A DNA stretch of 63,854 bases, the filler included, from Folioceros fuciformis (lineage: Eukaryota): NCBI GenBank assembly GCA_049999805.1. It is 6 parts of 6 records of this genome, joined end to end, with 100 filler letters (N's around TTAATTAATTAA, not from the genome) between each part and the next. Parts side by side here need not be neighbours in the genome. Positions count along the whole stretch, not along the records: positions 18,152 to 25,074 come from JBNGIO010002903.1; positions 25,175 to 35,109 come from JBNGIO010002904.1; positions 35,210 to 45,142 come from JBNGIO010002905.1; 3 more parts are not named here. One strand, given 5' to 3'. Shown piece after piece: positions 24,441-38,200 of the stretch. Position numbers and translations under genes: made by a program. Position 1 is the stretch's first letter, and each line of letters opens with the position of its first letter. Under the pieces are notes generated by a model. It saw only the letters and a program-made list of their open reading frames with translations, ran no database searches and was not told the origin of the DNA.

Positions 24441-25074
24441 TGTGGAGGCAAAACCCCGGGCACTGATTGGAGACGGGTTCCACCTTTAGTGGCCACACTT
24501 ATCCCACTGTCGTTAAGACATTGGGTTCCGTTCCCACAAAGGAGCGATGGGGTTCCTTGCTGCTGTGGAAGGAGGGTCGGACTCAATCGACTCGATGATG
24601 GATTCGAGGGCTCCCCTCCAGCTCCGATCAGGCGTAGGACAGGCCTCGCTGTCCAGCGGTCAGCTGCACCTCTCTTGGTGCCCACAAACTCACTCCAGTC
24701 ACTACAACGACCCTAACCTCTTAGATCTACGACTTCCCTCACTCATTCACTTGCTCTGTCACTCCAGCACCAACACCAGCAACTAACAACGACACCACTA
24801 CCTTCTACACTTCCCTACTGACTCCTCCTACCCGGCAAGAGTCACTAGACTAACCCCAAAGAAAAGAAAGAAGGGAACACACTCCTCTCTCGAATATCTC
24901 CTCCCCACAACCTTACGAGACGCCATGAAACATGGCCAGCCTACAGCACTTGTCCAAACAGGGAACAAGAGTGGACAGGTCGAGAGAAAGACACATCCTT
25001 TACAATCAAGAGCTAGGGGCAAGCCCCTTCACCCTGGTCATTACACCTTGTGATCCTACCAGACACTGTACAAC
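24441..25074 (+). repeat. Terminal repeat family A, copy 1 (LTR-like, starts TGTGGAGGCAAAACCCC)
   Basis: Highly similar to the copies at 25578-26205 (-), 34752-35109 and 63226-63854. Sharp TG boundary inside copia RNase H; runs into a gap. Confidence 0.9.
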
Positions 25075-25174
25075 NNNNNNNNNNNNNNNNNNNNNNNNNN
25101 NNNNNNNNNNNNNNNNNNTTAATTAATTAANNNNNNNNNNNNNNNNNNNNNNNNNNNNNNNNNNNNNNNNNNNN

Positions 25175-25577
25175 ATTAGTTTAATTAGGCTAATGTGATT
25201 AGTTTAATTCGGCTAATGTAATTAGTTTAATTAGGCTAATGTGATTAGTCTAAGATTAGTGTCTAATTAAGTATCATTAGTTTAGATTAGCTTAAGCTAA
25301 TTTTTAGGAAGCTTCCTGTGAGCTTCTTGTGAAGCTTCTTGTGATCTTCTTGTGAAGCTTTCTTGGGAGCTTTTCTACAGGGTATAAATACCCTCTTGAT
25401 CTCCCTTTTCAAGAGAGATGAGAGAGATGTGAGAGATGAGAGAGAGCTGTGAGAGCTGTGAGAGCTGTGAGAGCTGTGAGAGCTGTGAGAGACATTGTGA
25501 GACCTCTCTTTCTCCTCTCTTCCTCTTCTCTCCTCTCCTCTTTTCCTTCATCATGTGGCTCCCTTTCCAATCCTTCA
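25175..25577 (+). repeat. Copia LTR family B (3' or solo LTR) inserted in repeat A
   Basis: Matches the reverse complement of the LTR at 47838-48129, contains TATAAATA, ends TCCTTCA with no PBS after it. Confidence 0.85.
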
Positions 25578-26205
25578 AGGATCACAAGGTGTAATGACCA
25601 GGGTGAAGGGGTTTGCCCCTAGCTCTTGATTGTAAAGGATGTGTCTTTCTCTTGACCTGTCCACTCTTGTTCCCTGTTTGGACAAGTGCTGTAGGCCGGC
25701 CATGTTTCATGGCGTCTGGTAAGGTTGTGGGGAGGAGATATCCGAGGGGGTGTGGGGGAAGAGTGTGTTCACTTCTTTCTCTTCTTTGGGGTTAGTCTAG
25801 TGACTCTTGCCAGGTAGGAGGAGTCAATAGGGAAGTGTAGAAGATAGTGGTGTCATGGTTAGTTGCTGGTGTTGGTGCTGGAGTGAGAGAGCGAGTGAAG
25901 TGAGTGAAGGAAGTCGCAGATCTGAGAGGTTAGGGTCGTTGTAGTGAGTGGAGTGAGTTTGTGGGCACCAAGAGAGGTGCAGCTGACTGCTGGACAACGA
26001 GGCTTGTCCTACGCCTGATCGGAGCTGGAGGGGAGCCCTCGAATCCATCATCGAGTCAATTGAGTCCGACCCTCCATCCACAGCAGCAAGGAACCCCATC
26101 GCTCCTTCGTGGGAACGAAACCCAATGTCTCAACGACAGTGGGATAAGTGTGGCCACTAAAGGTGGAACCCGTCAGCAATCAGTGCCCGGGGTTTTGCCT
26201 CCACA
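25578..26205 (-). repeat. Terminal repeat family A, copy 2
   Basis: Reverse complement of copy 1; ends GGTTTTGCCTCCACA at 26205. Confidence 0.9.
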
Positions 26206-29200
26206 ACAGACCTGCAGAGAGCGCCCAGGCTTGGCAGTGTGCAGCCTGCACTGGTGGTTGGTGTAATCGCCAAGGCTGTGTGCCAAATTGTGCAACCTTC
26301 TGCAGTCAGAGACTTCAAAGACCTGGACATAACCAGAATATTGCATCGTTTCGAAACTCCTTGCCTGTAGGCTGCACTAGATGTCCATATAGAAAGGCCA
26401 ATCCATCTAGGCACCTGCATCCTCGTTTGTTAGCCGTCCTGCAATCACTTAGTTGGCAAGGAAAACTCCACACTAGACTTCAGCATAAATCTGAAAGCAT
26501 CTCAGCGGATAGAGGGAGAGACCCTGAACCTTAAACCCTAAACCCTGGATAAGAACATGTTGCACCATGTGCAAGGTCTTGACACAGCTGCGGTCGACTT
26601 TCGGCCAGATGTTCCAAACTAAGAATTCAGCTTCGATGGTTAACTCAACCCGAGCTTTTTGGCATCTCAAAATGAAGGAACATGAACCGATTGTGGCTCA
26701 CCTGAACAAGTTCCGATCCCTCAGAGCACGTCTTGCGGCGTGTAGCACCAAGTTGGATGAGACACAGGCTGCAACAGCCTTGCTCATGTCTCTACCTCCC
26801 AGCTATCGAACCTTCGTGTCCTCGCAAAATAACAACATGCGAGCGGCTGGAGGTGGCAACCTCACCGAGGTTATTGGTGCTCTGTTGGAAGAAGAGGCCA
26901 CACGCACTGGGAGTAGGCATGAAGGCATGGAGCCAAGGCCTCCTTGGCTCAAGCAAGACTATTGTTGGGGTACTGGGCAGAGGCCGTTGCAGCTGCCGTA
27001 TACGTGAAGAACAGACTACCTACAGCCTCTGTACCTGGGAGCACACCGTTTGAAAGATGGACAGGGCACAAACCCAGAATCCTACATCTGCGTGTGTTTG
27101 GAAGCCCAGCTTATGCTTTCATACCAAAGGAGAGAAGGCGGAAGCTGCAGCCAAATGCAGAAAAGTGCATCTTCGTGGGTTATTCGGAGGGTATTAAAGG
27201 GTATAAGTTGTTTAACCCTGAAAATCACAAGATGATCCATGCCCGGAGTGTGATCTTTGACGAAGCTGCAATACTAATTCGTGCTCATACCCCATTACCT
27301 GAGAAGCAGTCAACAGCACACAAGGAGAGCACAGAAGCAGACACAGAGTCAGATGCTGGTACAGAGTCAGATGTTGATAACTCTGACCAATCGCATTCAG
27401 ATGGACACCTCACCAGTTCAGGTGATGAAGCAGCACATGAAGCCTCAGAACCTGAACCGGATTCAGACACACAATCCTTGTCGTCAACAAATCAATCAGA
27501 TAATGAGCATGCACCGGAAGAGGTCAGCCACTTTGCATCAGACTCTGAGTCAGAACCTAAAGGCATACAACATGCTGTAGAGGAACCCTCCGGTGAAGAG
27601 GAGTCAGAAACTGTAGTACGGCGGTCATCCAGATCTCGACCCTCTCAAGATAACTGGACGGTCCGCCCATATTCACCACCTAGCAATTCTTTGCGAGCCT
27701 CCAAACGATCAGTTCGCACCTCAGCTCGCAACAGCTAACAGGACCCCGATCTACCTATATAGTTTGGAACAATTCCTGCTGAGGTAGAATCTTCACCTGA
27801 AGAGGGAGTCTGTATTGCTGAGGCTGGACAGTCGCATAGTACCACAGCACAAGCTCTCATTGCAGAAGCACTGTCGGTCGCTAAACTTGCTGGAGAGCCT
27901 GGTACAATGACAGAAGCGTTGTTAGGGCCTCATGGAGCAGACTGGCAGGCGGCAATCAAATCAGAGTACGACAGTTTGATCCAAAATGGAACGTGGAGGT
28001 TGGAGCCTGTACCAGCAGGGAGGAAACCTGTAACGTGCAAATGGGTATTCAAGACTAAGCTAAACCCAGATGGAACTATGGCACGGTATAAGGCTAGACT
28101 GGTGGCATGAGGCTTCTCTCAACGACCTGGCATTGACTATCAGGATACATTCTCTCTTGTGGTCAGGTTTACCTCTATTCGAGTACTCATGTCTTTCGTC
28201 GCTCAAAATGATCTCATAGTGCATCATATGGATGTCAAAACAGCTTTCCTGCATGGAGAGTTAGAAGAGGACGTTTAAATGCAGCAACCTAAAGGGTACG
28301 TCGATAAAAAGCATCCAAACCATGCTTGTAAGTTGATCAAAAAAATCTATGGTCTAAAACAGGCTCCTAGAGCATGGTTTCAAAAATTCAGTACCTTTCT
28401 TAAGTCTTTAGGCTTTGAAGAGAGTGATGCAGACACAAATGTGTACCTCTGCACAGACGGAGACAATTATGTCATCATAGCACTGTATGTAGATGATGCC
28501 TTGCTTATCACAAACAGTCCTGGAGACATGCTAGTTAAGGTAAAGGGTGTGCTTCGCAAACACTTCGAAATGATTGACCTAGGAGTCATTCGTTTCTTTC
28601 TGGGAGTGCAAATCTTGCTGGTACCTGCAAAAGGGGCAGTACTCCTGCATCAGGCACATTTTGTTGACCTGATGCTTAAAACTTTCAAAATGGAGGATGC
28701 AAAACCTGTGAGTACCCCACTAGCTGCTAGCGCACGACTGTCAAAGCTGGACAGTCCAGAGATTGATGCAGAGAAGGCTGAAATGCAAGCAATCCCATAC
28801 CGAAAGTTCGTGGGATTTGCATTGTACCTGTCAACTAGAACACGGTTCGACCTCAGCCATGCATGTGGCTCTCTCACAGTTTGTGGAAAACCCTGGCACA
28901 GCTCACTGGACAGCAGGGAAACGTGTTATGCGTTATCTCGAGGGAACAAGGAATCTAGGACTGTGCTACAGGAAAGACACAACAATAAAGAGACTTTCCT
29001 ACAGGGATACACAGATGCAGGCTGGGGTGGGGACCCAGACACAAGGAAATCAGTATCAGCGTACTGCTTCATGCTTGCAGGTTCAGCAGTCTCTTGGTAG
29101 TCAAAGAAACAAACGTTTGTGAGTACCTCTACAACCGAGGCAGAGTACGGGGCAGCAACAGAAAGTTGCAAGGAAGCCATTGCAAATCGCAGGCTGCTTC

Positions 29201-30270
29201 CAGACATAGCACAGGAGCAGGCTGAACCCACACCAGTCTTCTGTGACAATCAATCTGCGCTCCTGTTGGCAAGTAACCCCGTCTATCATGCACGTACTAA
29301 ACATATAGACCTACATCTACACTATGTTAGGCAAGCAATCACTCGTAAAGAGGTAGCACTCACGTACGTACCTACAAATGCTAACTATGCCGACCTCCTA
29401 ACAAAACCTCTGAGTAGAGAGCCGCATGAGTCCCATGTACAAAGTTTAGGCATGATAGATATTACGTCATACCTGACGCATGCCTTAAAATAGAACAAAA
29501 ATTGGCATTCAGGTTTACCAAGAAGGATGAACCTACAAATGCCTGGAATACAGCACGTCAGTCGGAGTCAAACTTTGAATCTGACCAACTAGCATAGGTC
29601 TTAAGCAAAGAGGGAGATTCCGGTCTCCACTGATAGCATTCACAACAAAAAAAAAAAACTTCTGACAATGGGTGGCTGGACTAGACTTATAGTGGTGATG
29701 AACAGCAATCTCTGGTTCCTCAACTCTGGAGCTCGTTCTAGACGTCAGGTCCAAGATCCTGTCATTAAGATGCTGGGTTTGCAGAACCTCCGCCGCCAAC
29801 ACTGTTTAGGCGATCCACATTTGAGGAAAAGGAGGTTTGGACTGCAGCATCTACAGTCTGAATGCAAGCCAAGTGCCTAAAATCTAGGAGAGTCCGGAGT
29901 ACAAAGCTCAACATCGAACACAAAATCAAGAGCATTATCACGATTGCAGCGGGCAGTGAACGAAAGTCGGCTAGGTCAATCAAGCGTCTAAGAGGGAGTG
30001 TCGCGGGCATTTAGGGTTAGCCCTTTAATCCTATTTAATAGCCGCATGCTAACCTAGCTAATCGTCACCACCTAACCGTTACCGGTCGTGTCGGTTAGGG
30101 TAGTGGTCGTGTCCCGTCGCCTGGACAGGCCTGCCGGCCTTGAACACACCGCTCACGTGAGCTCTAAAAAAACAATCCATCTTTCTGCTCTCACGTGCTC
30201 TAGTCTTCCTACCTCCTACGCGCCATACTGCGTTAGAGAGTGAACCGGAGATGGATTGTACTCCATCACA
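26206..30270 (+). mobile_element. Ty1/copia, internally deleted (partial gag joined to mid-integrase, RT, RNase H, ~500-bp 3' region, 3' LTR 29999-~30270)
   Basis: gag LKMKEHE..LLMSLPPSY; IN YWAEAVAAAVYVKNRLP; RT KWVFKTK..YKARLVA, LYVDD; RH CDNQSA..TKHID. PPT AAGAGGGAG followed by TG at 29999. Confidence 0.92.
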
Positions 30271-31555
30271 AGAGCAAAAGACTGCTCACAAGCATTGGAC
30301 TGAGAGAGCATGTAAAGTGTTACACTGACTCTCCTTAAGTATTTCAGATGCTATGGTCATATAGATCACGGGATGTGAGTCCCCAAAGGATGCATGGGAC
30401 ATACTCATGAGGAAGTATAGGAATGTTACACATGCTAGGAAAATCCAGTTGAAGCAGCAGTTCAACAACTTGTCACGAGGTAGCAGATCCATACTGTGTA
30501 TACAACAGACGTGAAGACCATAGTTGATTAGCTTGCTACAATCGGTGCAAGTGTCACGGAAGATGACATGGTTGCAGTTACTTTGAACGGACTTGGCAAG
30601 GATTACAAGTCCTTTGACACATCAATCTCTTTAAGAGCTGAGTTCCCAAGTTGGGATGAATTGGTTGCTTTGTTGCTGCATGAGGAAGTTAAGCTTGGTC
30701 TGAACACAGGTTCAGGTATGTCTCAAGGGAGAGACACTGTTTTGTTTTCTAACCAGCATGGGAGAGGCCACAGAGGTTGTGGTTCATTTCGAGGATGGGG
30801 TGATGCTCAGAACACGCAGAATCAGCAAGACAATTGGTGTGGAGGAAATGTGCAAGGCCAAAGAGGATCTGGAAGTTTTAGAGGCGCAGGTAGAGCCACA
30901 AGAGGAAGAGATGGTTCTTTTCAATCTCATGACCATTCCAATAAAGACAAGGAGTGTTACTACTGTGGAAAGGTTGGTCATATTGCTAAGGATTGCTATA
31001 AGCAGCGAGCAGACATGAGAGGAAAAGGAAGGCAGCATGGGAACTATGCCTCCTCTAGTAATACTAGAAATGACCAGGATAGGTTGTTTGCCATGCAACA
31101 TCTCTCTGAACAGGATGGGCAGAATGATGAGAGATGGTACATTGATTCAGGAGCATCAAACCACATGACTCAGCATGGCGAGTGGTTTAACAAGATGAAT
31201 GCAGGTCGCTATGGTCATGTGTGTACAGGAGATGACACACAACATGACATAAAGCACAGAGGAATTGTTCCTCTTAGGATGCCGAATGGTCAGCAGAAGA
31301 GTCTGAAAGATGTGTTGCATGTTCCAACCATTACGAAGAACCTGTTGTCTATTGGACAGATGGCTGAACAAAATCTGCAGGTTCGATTCAATAAAGATGG
31401 ATGCTTTATTGAAGAATATGACAGAGGGCGCAAACTAATTGCTAAAGGTAGTAGGAATGGATGGATGTTCACTCTGGATGCATCCATTCTAGAGCTAAAT
31501 GCAGCAATGTTTACAAATGATGCAGGTGCCATACGTGATGTTGAAATATGGCATA
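30271..31555 (+). mobile_element. Ty1/copia gag, zinc knuckle and protease fragment
   Basis: CYYCGKVGHIAKDC, WYIDSGASNHMT, LHVPTITKNLLSIGQ; truncated at EIWHR. Confidence 0.92.
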
Positions 31556-34500
31556 GGAGTTCCTTCACACAAAAAATCGCAGCCTACTCATTCTGTCACT
31601 CAAAATGGGAGTGTCGAAAGTTTTTTTCCTCTACATACTCCCCTTCTCACTTGTTGGTGTCCTCGCCAACCTACACATATTACTTTTTCACCCGCCAACC
31701 ATTCACCCTGGTTGGCAACAACTGTCCGTCCATCTGTTATAGCTGAATGGAGCCATTGTCGAAAACTTAAGTCACCGTATAGGGTCCTATCCACCTCAGA
31801 TGCAACTTCCCTGGGAAGCGCATATACCTGTTGTCATACAACAGGGCCAGATCTCCAGGTACCACCCACTCCTACCGTTTCATCCTGCGATCATGCCACT
31901 CTTTCCTCCTGGCTGGTATTTCCTGCATCGTTCCCATAGCCCGTTCCCTATCCTCAGTATGCTTCACGAACCCGATCAGGCATTCCAGTTGACTTTCCTC
32001 CACTGTCATTCGTTCCCTGTTTTGGATACGCGGGGTTAGGACATCAAACTCCACAGGCATGACCGGGTGATGCTCATAAGTGAGATAATAGGGAGTTTTC
32101 TGAGTGGTAATTCTTTCTGCAGTCCTGTATGCCCATAATGCCGAGTGGAGTTTAAGATCCCAGTCGTAAGAGTACTCCACCGTCAACTTATTCAGTATCC
32201 GACACAAGAGACCATTCACTTTTTCTGTCAATCCATTCGCCTTCGGGTTGTAGGGGGTAGTCCGCCGATGCTGTACGTTAAAATGTTCCGCTAGGTGAGT
32301 GATAACCTCATTGACGAAGTGTGTTCCTCTGTCACTCACCAGTTCTAATGGGCAACCACAACTGGCAATCACTTGCTCAAACAAAAACTTCGCCACCACA
32401 TGAGCAGTATCAACTTGGAGTGGTTGCGCTTCCACCATCCGTGTGCAGTATAGTCTGTTGCGACCAGAATGTACTGGTTCTCCCGAACTGGAGTCTTCAG
32501 TTGGATAGGACCCACGAAATCAACTCCCCACTTTTCGAACGGCGCCAAGGCCAAGGTCGGTACCAACGGCCATTGTGTCGTCGGGGTGGGCTTCCCTACC
32601 CGCTGGCATGTGTCACATTTTTTGACATACTCGGCTGTGTCCTTGTGCATTGCTGGCCACCAGTATCCCGCCTCCAAGATTTTCCTGCAGGAGATGTGTG
32701 CAGAGAATGTTCACCAAATGTTTTAGCGCGAAGTGATCCACATGGAACACGAATTCATAGGACAGCAAATAGTGCCGAAACTTCCTGACGGATTACACCA
32801 TCCCCAGGGCCTCTCGCTCCGTAGTGGTGTACGTCCGCTCCACCTCAGTAAGTTGACGTCCTGCATAATAAATCGGGTAATCCCTCTTCTTTCCATCTCG
32901 CTAGCTGAGTACGACCCCAATGGCAAAGGCAGAGACATCAACATATATATGGAACTTCTTACTCCAGTCAAGCCCCTTAAGTGTCAGCGCGGACACAAGT
33001 GTTGTCCTGAGGTCCTGAAATGCCTCCTCTCTAGGCGATGTCCACACCCACTCCTCATCCTTCCTTAGCAAGCTAGTTAATGGTGCCGCCCTTTCAGCGA
33101 AATTTTTAATAAACCTCCTGTAGTAGCCGACCATCCCAAGAAATCCTCTTAGCTCCTTCAGCGTAGTCGGCGGTTGGAGTGCTTCAATGATCTTTACCTT
33201 GTCGGGGTCGACTTCAATTCCTCTCGCAGAGATTCTATGCCCTAGCAAGATGCCTTCCGACATTCCGAAGTAACACTTCTTCGGGTGGAGGCATAACTTG
33301 GCCTCTCTACACCTCTCCAAGCACCTCCTCAGACATTTCAAATGTTCCTCCGCTATCCTGAACACGCAGAAATCATCCAGGAACACCTCCATAAAGTCTC
33401 GGAGGAAGTCCTTAAAGATTTTAACGATTGCCCTCATAAAGGATCGTGGTGCTCCAGTCAAACCAAACGCGCTACGCTTGTAGGCGTATGTTCCCCAATC
33501 GGTGGTGAATGTGGTCAGGGGCCAGTCGCTCTCTTGGAGATGTAGCTGGTTATAACCTGAGTACCCATCTAGGAAGGAATACATCATCCGGCTTGCAACT
33601 AAGTCCAAAATGTTGTCAATGAATGGTAGCGGAAAATGGTCCTTATGCGTTACCTTATTCAGTCTTCGCCAGTCTTGGCATACCCTGATTTTCCTTGGCT
33701 GCTTCTTTGGTACCACAACAATCAATGCTACCCATTCAGAGGTAACAATGGGATGAATGATGTCCGCCTTCAGGTACAGCTCCAGCTGTTCTTTCACCTT
33801 TAATGAATACTTCGGATTCAGCTTATACTAGAGTATTCTCACAGGCACTGCTCCTAGTTCCAGCTCAATCTTGTGTTCTCCCCACTCCCTGGGAATGCCC
33901 TTCATGTCCGTTACGTTGAAAGCGAACACATCGATAAATTCGGCCAGCATATCCTTCATCCCTTCTTCCAACACCGCGTCCAGCTTAGTGGAGAACTTAA
34001 GAATTTTTCCTGGCAGGACTTCCACATCCTTAATCTCATCCGCCTGCACCCATTCACGTTCTACCGGTGCTAAGGTGATGCCAAACCCTTCTTCAAGCCT
34101 TCGAGGTTCTGCCTCCCTCATTCCCCATTCGTGGAATAGTTCCTCAGAGGTGATCCTTGTGACGTCCTCTCGACCCTTAGGCGTCGTCGCACCCAATTCC
34201 TCCTCCTCGGCCTTTGCTTGTTCGACTGCCTTGGGGCTACCTCGCGTTCCTCTTGGAGTACTGCAATGGTCGGAGTGGCTTCCTCCAATTCCATCCCCAT
34301 GTCCTCTATGGCCTCTGTGACCCCGAAACAACTGACCAGGGGCAACTGTCGCTGATAATCCTTTTCCTCCTCCGACCAAGAGATATGTGCAAACGGGAAT
34401 CTCTCATCCTCATCTGCCTGCCCTTCCGTATCCTCAGCTGAAGTATACCCATCTGTTTCAGATGGGGTTTCACCAGCATACATATCTTTACTCCATGATA

Positions 34501-34751
34501 GGCAAATTCTTCCCTCCTTGGTCTTCGGGTCCCAGTCCAACAGTTTAAAACCTACCTCCTTCCGCCCCCATCTAAAAGTACACCGAGCACCATACATCCA
34601 AGTCCTTCCAATCAACACCTCATAACCCGGAGCCTTCTGCTTCATTACCACATAATCCATAAGGTATGGGATGGTGCCGATGTGGGTCAGAACTCCGAGA
34701 ATTTCTCCAACTGGCGCCATCTTCGACATATCTGCCAGCCGCAAAACCTTG
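31556..34751 (-). mobile_element. Ty3/gypsy pol (protease C-term, RT, RNase H, integrase), degenerate
   Basis: RT FLDGYSGYNQ, FLDDF, FLGMVGYYRRFI; IN CDTCQR, WGVDFVGP, SDRGTHF, NGLTE. Order RT-RH-IN. Confidence 0.93.
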
Positions 34752-35109
34752 TGTGGAGGCAAAACCCCAGGCACTAATTGCCGACGGGTTCCACCATTAG
34801 TGGCCACACTTATCCCACTATCGTTCAGACATTGGGTTCCGTTCCCACGAAGGAGCGATGGGGTTCCTTGCTGATCTGGATGGAGTGTCGGACTCAATCG
34901 ACTCGATGATGGATTCGAGGGCTCCCTTCCAGCTCCGATCAGGCGTAGGACAGGCCTCGCTGTCCAGCGGTCAGCTGCACCTCTCTTGGTGCCCACAAAC
35001 TCACTCTAGTCACTATAACAACCCTAACCTCTCAGATCTGTGACTTCCCTCACTCACTTCACTCGCTCTCTCACTCCAGCACCAACACCAGCAACTAACA
35101 ACGACACCA
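34752..35109 (+). repeat. Terminal repeat family A, copy 3 (partial, runs into gap)
   Basis: TGTGGAGGCAAAACCCC inserted in the gypsy protease. The uninterrupted homologous site is visible at ~58905-58915. Confidence 0.9.
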
Positions 35110-35209
35110 NNNNNNNNNNNNNNNNNNNNNNNNNNNNNNNNNNNNNNNNNNNNTTAATTAATTAANNNNNNNNNNNNNNNNNNNNNNNNNNNNNNNNNNN
35201 NNNNNNNNN

Positions 35210-38200
35210 GTCTTGCCTGCACACACACAGGAGTAAAGCAAGGTAGCAATTCTCTTGTGCGTATCAATCTCTCCCCCACTGTCTATGACGAGGCTAACCC
35301 TCTGAGTGGGCATGTGCGTGCTTGTGCTGTGCAGGTGTGCGAGAGTAAAGAACTTGGTTGAGTGTCGAGCCCCAGACCCTTGTAGTGAGCGGTGTGTCTG
35401 TCCTTTGGGAGTGACTTAGTGAGTAGGTCTGCCACGTTTTGCTCTGTGGGTACGTAGACTAGGTCGATTTCTCCAGAGGCTACTATCTGCCTGATATAGT
35501 GCTGTTTGACAGCTATGTGCCTGGTCCGAGAGTGGTGCACTGGATTTCTGGACAGGGCTATGGCTGAGTGGTTGTCGCATTAGACAGTTGTGGCTCTGGG
35601 TTGAGGAAAACCCACAGACGCCATGAACAGGCAGTTGTAGACTATTTCTTGAGCGGCTGCAGTTGCGGCCGTATATTCTGCCTCGGTGCTAGAGAGTGCG
35701 ACCATAGTCTGCTTCTTCGACATCCAATTGACTGCTCCTCCAGAGAGGATTGTACAATTGGCAGTGATTGACTGTCTAGAGTCTTCATCACTTGCCCAAT
35801 TAGAGTCAGAGTAGCAGATGAGTAGTGGAAACTTTCCTTGTGACTCGTATTTGAGTCCAAGATGCTGCGTTCTTTTTAAATAGCATAGGACTCTCTTAAT
35901 CCCTGTCCAGTGTGCAATGCCAGGGTCAGCAAGAAATCTTGAGAAGACTTGTGCAGCCGGAGCTACATCAGGTCTTGTCCACCCGCTGATCCAGATAAGG
36001 CATCCTGTTAGCATACTGTAGGGTTTCTTTCCCATTTCCAACTTCTCAGCTTCTGTCTTTGGGCTCTGGTCTATGGAGAACTTCTCTCCCACAGCCATGG
36101 GAGTGATTGCTGGCTTACAGTCTGTCATAATAAATCTTTCTAACATTTGCCTTACGTAGTGTGCTTGGTGACAGAATATGCTGCTCTTGTCTGGACTGAT
36201 GACTATCTGTATGCCTAGGAAGAAAGTGAGCTGTCCTAAATCTGTCATGGAAAATTCAGCAGTGAGAATGGACTTCACTTTCTTCATGATGTCAAGGGAA
36301 TTGGCAAATATCTGGGCATCATCGACGTACAGTGCTAAGATAGCAAACATCTACCCTTGCCTCAGGATGTAGACGTTTGTGTCAGCATCACTCTGACTGA
36401 ATCCAGACTTGACCAAGTAAGCATGAATCTTCTGGTACCATATCCTTGGCGCTTGTTTTAAGCCGTATAGGCTCTTCCTTAACTGGCATACCTTATGTGG
36501 TTCAATCTTACTGACATATCCCTCAGGCTGGGTGATATACATTTCCTCGTTTATTTCACCATGCAGGAAAGCGGTCTTGACGTCCATTTGGTGAATATCC
36601 AACTTGCATTCAGCAGCCAAGGCAAAGAGCATCCTTACAGAGGAGGCTCGTACAACAGGTGAGAACGTCTCATGAAAGTCCAATCCCTCGACCTGCTTGT
36701 ATCCATGAACGACGTATCTTGCCTTATATCTGGCCACTGACCCATCAGGATTCAACTTTTTCTTAAACACCCATTTGCCTGTGAGTGGTTTGCGTCCTGG
36801 AGGCAGGTCTACCAGCTCCCAAGTCTGATTATCAATAAGAGACTGGTATTCAGAGTCTATGCCAACCTTCCAGAGCTTGCCTTCTGGGGAGGTCAGTGCT
36901 TCCTTCAGGGTAGTAGGTTCTCCGAGGTCCTGAGCTGCTATCAGGGCGCGTGCAACGTAGTTATGAGGTATGCGAAAGTCATAAGTTGCGGGAGCATCTG
37001 AGCTGGCTACAAGGTTTGCGTGCTGTCTTCGATACTCTTCATCCAATTCGTAGCTCATTGGTTTGTATGTCCACTGACTTGGATCTGTGGTATGACTCCT
37101 AGCAGATCTCCTCAGTTCTTGTGGTGCTTGAACTACTTCCTCAGCGACCTCTGAAGAGAGTTGCTCCACATTCTCCTCAACTTCAGGTGGAGGAGAAGGT
37201 GGGGGACTTTCGTAAATCACATTCTCATGATCCTCATGCTGAGGCTCGTCAACCTGGTCACTTGTCTCCGAGGTTGAGTCATCTGCAGTGAGGTCAGGTT
37301 CATCTTTTGGAAAGGCATCGGCAGGCTGTTCAGCGGTGGTTGGTACTTGTTGAGAGGTAACCAAATGTTCATCATGTGTTGAGGATGCATCTTGTTCATC
37401 AGTTGTGAGGCGTTCCAGGCCAGGTACATCTCTGCCCTTTTCTGAGGCTTGTAGAAGGAATTGCTCATCAAAGATAACATTTTTGGCATGCAGGAAACGA
37501 CGGTGCAGGGGGTCATAAAGCTTGTAGCCTTTAATGCCCTCTGTATAGCCGATGAACAGGTGTTTGGTTGCCTTAAAGTCCATCTTGCGTCTGACTTCAT
37601 CAGGTGTATGAGCATAGGCTGGACAGCCCCAGATCCGCAAGTGGTCCACCCGAGGGTTGACGCCAGTCCACCGCTCAAAAGGTGTAGCATTGGCAAAAGC
37701 ACGAGTGGGTAGCCTGTTTTGAATGTAGACAGCTGTGGCAACAGCTTCTGCCCAGAAGCACCGGGGAAGTTGGGCAAGATGCAGCATAGACTTAGCAGCA
37801 GCCTGTGTGACCTTGTTTTTGTTCTCACGCAAAGGATTTTGCTCATGCTCATAGGGAACGGTGAGTTGCCGAAGAATACCCTCCCGTGAGCAAAACTCCG
37901 TGAATTCTCCTGAGGTAAACTCGCCTCCATTGTCACTTCTCAAGCATTTCAATTTGTGACCTGTAAAGCGTTGAGCATACGAGAGGTACAGAAGAAAGCA
38001 AGAGAAGGCTTCACTTTTGTGCTTGAGAAAGTAAGTGACTGTAAACCAACTCTAGTCATCAATGAGATGCATAAAATAGAGAGCACCACTAAGGGACCGT
38101 GTGGACATGGGACCACAGAGGTCAGTGTGCACAGTTTGGAGTAGGTGAGTGGCCCTCGTCGCATCTTGATTGGGATGAGGAGCCTTATGGTGCTTCCCTT

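Noticed and set aside
24441-25074. Repeat A as a retrozyme or Cassandra LTR
   Set aside because: No hammerhead core (CTGANGA..GAAA) or 5S rRNA similarity seen on either strand.
26533-26546. TAAACCCTAAACCC telomere-like motif at a gag deletion point
   Set aside because: Only two units, and the motif is common in plant DNA and LTR elements.
34118-34996. 292-aa ORF starting MGTKRGAAD
   Set aside because: Chance in-frame chimera of repeat A and the gypsy protease; other copies join different flanks.
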